A DNA stretch of 64,000 bases, from assembly GCA_019912845.1 (NCBI GenBank), contig JAIOHU010000194.1, forward strand, positions 38,603 to 102,602, given 5' to 3'. Within the stretch, counting starts at the first letter, position 1; every line of letters starts with the position of its first letter. The translations under genes and the position numbers were made by a program. Of this stretch, positions 58,890-64,000 are shown one piece after another. Below the pieces are notes generated by a model, which saw nothing but the letters and a program-made list of their open reading frames with translations, was not told the origin of the DNA and did no database searches. Source of the DNA: a bacterium. Its GTDB lineage: Bacteria; Electryoneota; Electryoneia; Electryoneales; Electryoneaceae.

Positions 58890-61800
58890 TTGTTCACGGG
58901 AGGAAATCAGGAAGTGATAAAGCCACGAGGAAATCTGTATTTTGGCACAAATCTATTGATCGCATTTCTCTCTATTTTCCTCAGTATTTCGACTTGTTAT
59001 TCTCACCATTATGGAAATATCCGTGTAAGCGGTGATTCAGACTATCCACCCTATGAATTCCTCAATAAAGATGGTGAACCGGATGGTTTTACTGTTGATT
59101 TGCTGAAAGCCATCGCCTCCAATCTGAACACCAGTGTTGAAATTAATCTGGATACATGGCAAAGGGTTATTGATAGACTTCGAGCTGGTGAAATTGATAT
59201 GATTTCCGGCTTATATTATTCTCTTGAACGTGATTCTCTTTTCGATTTTTCAACCCCTCATCTTTCAGTCAACCATGCTATTTTTGTTCGAGAAGATTCT
59301 CCCATCAACACTTTAGATGATATTCTTGACCAGACAATTATCGTGCAGGAGGGGGATATCATGCACGAATTTCTGTCTAATACCTCGCTTTTTCACGGTG
59401 AAATTGTTCTCGCGGAGAACCAGATAGAAGCATTTCATCTTTTGCTGGATGGTGTTGGTGATGCTGCACTACTCGCGAAATTACAGGCGATCTATTTCGG
59501 ACATCAGCATAAACACCTGGGTTACCGTTTCATAGATGTTCACTCCCTCGAACGCGACTACTGCTTTGCTGTTCAGGAGGGGAACGACAGTCTGATTACA
59601 ATCCTGAATGAGGGTTTGACCTACCTGAAAGCTACCGGGGAATATCAACAGATTTACAATAAATGGTTTGGTGTTTACGAACAAGGACAAACCCGACAGA
59701 CACTGGTGCGGATTTTAAGCTTCATCCTTGTACCCATCATCATTCTCATTCTTGGCATTTTAATATGGAATTGGTCACTCAAAAAAACTGTTCGGGCACG
59801 GACTGCTGACCTCAAATATCAACTGGAAGAAAGAGTTCGGACAGAAAAATCATTACGTCAATCAGAAAATAAGTGGCGCACTTTAGTAAAATACGCACCA
59901 GACATCATAATGATATTGCAATTGGACGGCACAATCGACTTCATTAACAAAACTGAAGGAAAATATTTTAAAGAAGAGTCGGTTGGAAATAATATATTTG
60001 ATCTGATTGACACCGACTATCGTGAAGAAGTGTTTGCTTTGATGGAACGAGTAAAAAAAACAGGGGAAGCGCAAACCCTTGAGCTGCCAATTCGTGATCT
60101 GGAAGGTGTTACTCACTGGTGGTTGAATAGATTGGGACCAGTAAAAGAAAATGGCGGGGCAACAAAACTGCTATGTATCAGCACTGACAACACAAAATCT
60201 CACCTGATAGCGAATGCACTTAAACAAGAACATGATCGCGCCCAAAATTACCTGGATATCGCTGGAGTTATTATCGTGGCACTCGACACAGATGGGTGCA
60301 TATCCCTGATAAATCGCAAGGGCTGTGAAATCCTGGGGTACCGCGAAGAGGAATTACTAGGTAAGAACTGGTTCGAAAAGATCATTCCCGAAAGCAAACG
60401 TGCTGATTTAAAGGCATATTTTTCTGAGTTAGTGGAAGCTACAGATCCACCAGTAAATGACGGCGAAAATCCAGTACTCACAAAAGATGGCGAAGAGAAA
60501 ATCATTCATTGGTACAACAGTCTGATACGTAACGAAAATGGTAAAATTATCGGTTCACTCAGTTCTGGAGAGGATGTTACTCGTCAGATTCAAATGCAGT
60601 TTGCGTTGGAAACCAGCGAAAAACGATACCGCCACCTGTTCGAAAAGAGTGTAGCCGGAATTTATGGTACTTCCCCTGATGGGACAATTAATGAGTGCAA
60701 TGACGCATTCGCCCGGATGCTTGGCTTTGATTCACCACAAGAAGTCCTGAGCTTAAATGCATACGATTTGTTTTACACGGAACGCGATCGAGAGAGTTTT
60801 CTGGAAGTACTCCTCACTGAAGGTACTGTTAGAAATTACGAGAGTAGACTGAAAAGCAAAGAGGGAAAACCAGTTGATATTCTCGAAAATGCAGTCGTCA
60901 TCACAAATAATACTGGCAGTCCGGTTGAGATTCAAGGTACCTGCATAAATATTTCAATGCGTAAAAGTACTGAAAGAGAGCTTCAACAATCGGAAAAAAG
61001 ATACCGTATGGTAGTCGAGAGTGCCAGTGAGATTATTTATATGGTTGATCGGAAGGGTAATTTTACCTTTGCCAATCAAGCTGGGCTTCGATTCACTGGT
61101 TATTCAATAGAGGAACTGAATAATTTCAAATACGAAGAGCTCATCCTGGATGAACACAGAGCCATGGTCAGACGGCACTACACCCGTCAACTCCTCCACA
61201 AAACACCATCAACATATCTGGAATTTCCATTTGAGAGAAAAGATGGACAGATAAAGTGGATTGGGCAAAATACCTCCCTCCGGCTTGAAAATGATAAAGT
61301 CGCAGGTTTTGATGTTATTGCCAGAGATATCACGCAACGAAAGAATGCTGAAGAGGCGATGAGAATCAGTGAACAACGTTTTCGTGATATATTTGAACAA
61401 TCAAACGATCTGATTTATGTAATTCAGGAGGGTAAGTTTAAGCTGGTTAATCCTGTGATGGCACGTACAATGGGATTTTCTGCCGAGAAGATGACCGATC
61501 CATCATTTTCAATGATTGAATTAATTGCAGATGAGAGCAAAGAGTTTATCCGAGATCGCCTGGACAATTTTGATGATTCCAATTCTGCGAGCTATGAACT
61601 CAAAACGATTTCAAATACTGGTGAAAGACGAGAGTTTGAAGTTAACCTCAGCCCAATCCGTTGGGAAGGAAAACCTGCCAAACTAGGCATCGCACGTGAT
61701 GTGACCGAGAAGAAGATGATGGAAGCCAAACTCATGCAGTCCCAGAAAATGGAAGCTATTGGCAGGCTGGCAGGTGGGGTTGCGCATGATTTCAATAACC

Positions 61801-62873
61801 TTCTGACTGCAATTACGGGCAATGTTGAACTGGTACGAATGCAGGTGGATGAAGAAAAGACATATTACCCAAACCTCCTCGATATCCGAAAAACTGCCGA
61901 CCGTGCAGCCAATTTAACCAAACAACTCCTCGCTTTCAGCCGACGGCAGGTTCTCGCACCCAAAATAATCAACCTGAATCAGGTTTTATCCGATATGGAA
62001 TTTATGCTCACCAAGATCATCGGTGAACAAATCGAATTGAGTACCTACTACGATGACGATCTCCCTGCTGTAAAAGCCGATCCTTCCCAGCTTGAACAGG
62101 TTATTCTGAATCTCGTCGTAAACGCCCGTGATGCCATGCCTCGAGGTGGCAAATTAACCCTGGAAACGACAAATGTTCTTCAGGGGAAAATGTCGTCCAA
62201 ATTGAAAGAAAGGTTGTTGTCTGGTGATTATGTGATGCTGGCAGTGTCTGACACTGGTGTAGGTATGTCCGAAAAACTGAAAAATCAGATATTTGAACCA
62301 TTTTTTACCACCAAGGAACAGGGAAAAGGGACTGGATTTGGTCTGGCGACTGTTTACGGTATCATCAAACAAAGCGGTGGTGAGATTACTGTATTCAGCG
62401 AGGAGGGTAAGGGGACAACCATGAAAGTTTACCTGCCTCGTTCCCTTGAGGTGAGTGAATACACGCGTCCATCTCTTTCAGCGGACAGCAGTGAAAATCC
62501 GACAGGTTCCGAGACGATTCTTGTAGTTGAAGATGACGAGGATGTCCGTGAACTAGTGATTCAGGCGTTAGAGTTTTTCGGGTATCATGTGCTTCACGCT
62601 ACCTCAGGAAAACGTGCACTGAAACTTTGTCTGGAAATGGAATCGCCAGTCGACCTGATCGTAACCGATATCATTATGCCCGAGATGAACGGTGATGAAT
62701 TTGTGCTCGAATTGCGTAAATTCTGGCAGAATGTACCTGTGTTGTTTATGTCTGGATACACCGAGACCGCCCTGGTTAACAAAGGCGAACTACCTCCCAA
62801 TACCCCCTACCTCCAGAAACCATTTCGACCACATATCCTGGCGCAAAAAATCCGTCAACTACTCGATCAGTAA
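58890..62873 (+). CDS. Hybrid sensor histidine kinase: periplasmic binding domain, TM, five PAS, HisKA, HATPase, receiver
   Basis: DYPPYEF...GFTVDL, five PAS/PAC units, GGVAHDFNN, NLVVNARDAM, DTGVGM, FEPFFTTK, ILVVEDD, TDIIMPEMNG, KPF. Confidence 0.94.
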   Translation: MFTGGNQEVIKPRGNLYFGTNLLIAFLSIFLSISTCYSHHYGNIRVSGDSDYPPYEFLNKDGEPDGFTVDLLKAIASNLNTSVEINLDTWQRVIDRLRAGEIDMISGLYYSLERDSLFDFSTPHLSVNHAIFVREDSPINTLDDILDQTIIVQEGDIMHEFLSNTSLFHGEIVLAENQIEAFHLLLDGVGDAALLAKLQAIYFGHQHKHLGYRFIDVHSLERDYCFAVQEGNDSLITILNEGLTYLKATGEYQQIYNKWFGVYEQGQTRQTLVRILSFILVPIIILILGILIWNWSLKKTVRARTADLKYQLEERVRTEKSLRQSENKWRTLVKYAPDIIMILQLDGTIDFINKTEGKYFKEESVGNNIFDLIDTDYREEVFALMERVKKTGEAQTLELPIRDLEGVTHWWLNRLGPVKENGGATKLLCISTDNTKSHLIANALKQEHDRAQNYLDIAGVIIVALDTDGCISLINRKGCEILGYREEELLGKNWFEKIIPESKRADLKAYFSELVEATDPPVNDGENPVLTKDGEEKIIHWYNSLIRNENGKIIGSLSSGEDVTRQIQMQFALETSEKRYRHLFEKSVAGIYGTSPDGTINECNDAFARMLGFDSPQEVLSLNAYDLFYTERDRESFLEVLLTEGTVRNYESRLKSKEGKPVDILENAVVITNNTGSPVEIQGTCINISMRKSTERELQQSEKRYRMVVESASEIIYMVDRKGNFTFANQAGLRFTGYSIEELNNFKYEELILDEHRAMVRRHYTRQLLHKTPSTYLEFPFERKDGQIKWIGQNTSLRLENDKVAGFDVIARDITQRKNAEEAMRISEQRFRDIFEQSNDLIYVIQEGKFKLVNPVMARTMGFSAEKMTDPSFSMIELIADESKEFIRDRLDNFDDSNSASYELKTISNTGERREFEVNLSPIRWEGKPAKLGIARDVTEKKMMEAKLMQSQKMEAIGRLAGGVAHDFNNLLTAITGNVELVRMQVDEEKTYYPNLLDIRKTADRAANLTKQLLAFSRRQVLAPKIINLNQVLSDMEFMLTKIIGEQIELSTYYDDDLPAVKADPSQLEQVILNLVVNARDAMPRGGKLTLETTNVLQGKMSSKLKERLLSGDYVMLAVSDTGVGMSEKLKNQIFEPFFTTKEQGKGTGFGLATVYGIIKQSGGEITVFSEEGKGTTMKVYLPRSLEVSEYTRPSLSADSSENPTGSETILVVEDDEDVRELVIQALEFFGYHVLHATSGKRALKLCLEMESPVDLIVTDIIMPEMNGDEFVLELRKFWQNVPVLFMSGYTETALVNKGELPPNTPYLQKPFRPHILAQKIRQLLDQ

Positions 62874-62996
62874 ATAACAGGTACTCGGTGATAAGGTCAC
62901 ATTGGGATTTCCTGAATTCTCATTTTAGTGTATTTCGGTTCATACTATTACATTTGTATTGATTCTATTGCGGTTCTCTCAAGTATTGTTAGATCG

Positions 62997-63030
62997 CGTC
63001 ATGCCAGCGTGGGGTTAGCTGGCATCCAGG
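62997..63030 (+). repeat. CGTC-tagged palindrome, family B variant
   Basis: CGTCATGCCAGC-GTGGGGTTA-GCTGGCATCCAGG, like 15265-15298. Confidence 0.8.
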
Positions 63031-63138
63031 AAGGTAATAGTATTATTGATTTCAGGACTGATTGGAAGGCGGTAATCAGAACAACACGAACATATAGCCG
63101 TTTAGTATGAGACAATAATTCCAAAAATCAGTATAAGT

Positions 63139-63170
63139 AAAAACAGGGAAGCGTTTCAGCTTCCCTATTT
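63139..63170. terminator. Probable bidirectional terminator between convergent genes
   Basis: AGGGAAGC-GTTTCA-GCTTCCCT with A-rich and T-rich flanks. Confidence 0.7.
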
Positions 63171-63207
63171 CGTAAATCGTACAATTCACAACTTGAATTC
63201 CAGAGTT

Positions 63208-64000
63208 TTATTCACCCTTGAATTCCGCTTTCCGTTTCTCCAGGAAGGCAGTCGTACCCTCTTTGAAATCAGAAGTAGTACACACCATACCAAAGAGATC
63301 TGCTTCTACTTTCTGTCCTTCGGTAAGCGTCATGCCTGCGCCACGTCTCGCAGCTTCGATGGCAAAGCGAACAGCGATGGGTGCCTTATTGGTAATACTG
63401 GCAACCTTTTTCTGCACAGCTTCCATGAAACCATCCATGTCAGCCTGCTTCCGTCCCTTATCGTCGAGCTCAGGCTCGCCGGCATCATTGGTTTTCCAGG
63501 CATCAAAGACAGCGTTCACCAGACCAATATCGAGGGCACGTTTTGAGTTGATCATTTCGCCGTTTGCCAGCAACTCAACAGCGTTTCCATAGCCTACGAT
63601 CCGCATCAGACGTTGTGTTCCACCGTATCCCGGGATCAAGCCAAGATTTACTTCCGGTTGCCCGAAACGGGCACTTGAATGTGCGTAACGAATATGGCAC
63701 GCCATCGCCAGTTCACAACCACCACCCAGAGCAAAACCATTCACCGCAGCTATGACAGGCTTATCAAGACCCGCGATATGGTTCATTACATGCTGACCAT
63801 AAGTTGCAAAGGCTTTCGCTTCCATGGGATTCAATTTTGCCAGTTCACCGATATCAGCACCAGCGACAAAAGATTTCCCACCCGCACCTGTCAGGATAAT
63901 CGCACGGACTTCAGAATCGTTATTCGCCTCGCGTACGGCTTTGTCGAGTTCCTGAACCGTTGCAACATTAAGAGCGTTCAATACTTTGGGACGATTGATC
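63208..64000 (-). CDS. Enoyl-CoA hydratase/crotonase family protein (5' end beyond the window)
   Basis: INRPKVLNALN at the window edge, FVAGADI, VNGFALGGGCELAMAC, FGQPEVNLGLIPGYGGTQRL, EGTTAFLEKR. Confidence 0.93.
   Translation of the reverse strand, partial: INRPKVLNALNVATVQELDKAVREANNDSEVRAIILTGAGGKSFVAGADIGELAKLNPMEAKAFATYGQHVMNHIAGLDKPVIAAVNGFALGGGCELAMACHIRYAHSSARFGQPEVNLGLIPGYGGTQRLMRIVGYGNAVELLANGEMINSKRALDIGLVNAVFDAWKTNDAGEPELDDKGRKQADMDGFMEAVQKKVASITNKAPIAVRFAIEAARRGAGMTLTEGQKVEADLFGMVCTTSDFKEGTTAFLEKRKAEFKGE

Noticed and set aside
1..64000. tRNA, rRNA, tmRNA, transposase or prophage genes, and the many 60-220 aa antisense or overlapping ORFs
   Set aside because: No cloverleaf, rRNA, DDE/HUH or phage motifs were recognised. 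The short ORFs are shadows of confident genes and show no protein motifs.

Overview
Chromosomal window from a diderm bacterium, most likely a non-Bacteroidota member of the FCB supergroup. This is an inference from seven proteins with T9SS type-A C-terminal domains (YPNPFN...SGxYF...KxxLLK), frequent Gln at +1 after signal peptides, and a sigma28-driven flagellin. The backbone is housekeeping: ABC-F ATPase, flagellin, hflKC, an SbcCD/YhaNO-like pair, DUF502, outer-membrane barrels, LOG, mltG, pcrA, a TPR protein, nadC, a GAF protein, mutM, pgeF, comM, an acyl-CoA ligase, prfA, prmC, a cyclophilin, a CcdA-like protein, a hybrid kinase and a crotonase. It is interrupted by secreted LVIVD beta-propeller genes and dense mosaics of at least seven families of short palindromic REP-like repeats. 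The most notable observations are: (1) two blocks, 14.2-19.5 kb and 45.5-48.9 kb, share one architecture of inverted terminal REP, repeat mosaic, conserved structured leader and LVIVD-T9SS gene, suggesting REP-bounded cargo cassettes; (2) an unannotated sigma54-type promoter, 30-aa membrane peptide, CU-rich 3' region and terminator on the minus strand at 28.1-28.4 kb; (3) hflKC is translationally coupled to a membrane-anchored SMC-like ATPase and an Mre11-fold protein that has lost its metal ligands; (4) a frameshift at a TA microsatellite splits a large LVIVD gene; (5) a recently shared T9SS CTD module; (6) an acyl-CoA ligase lacking the catalytic A10 lysine. No rRNA, tRNA, CRISPR array, transposase or reverse transcriptase was recognised. 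All calls come from reading the sequence by eye; no searches were run.
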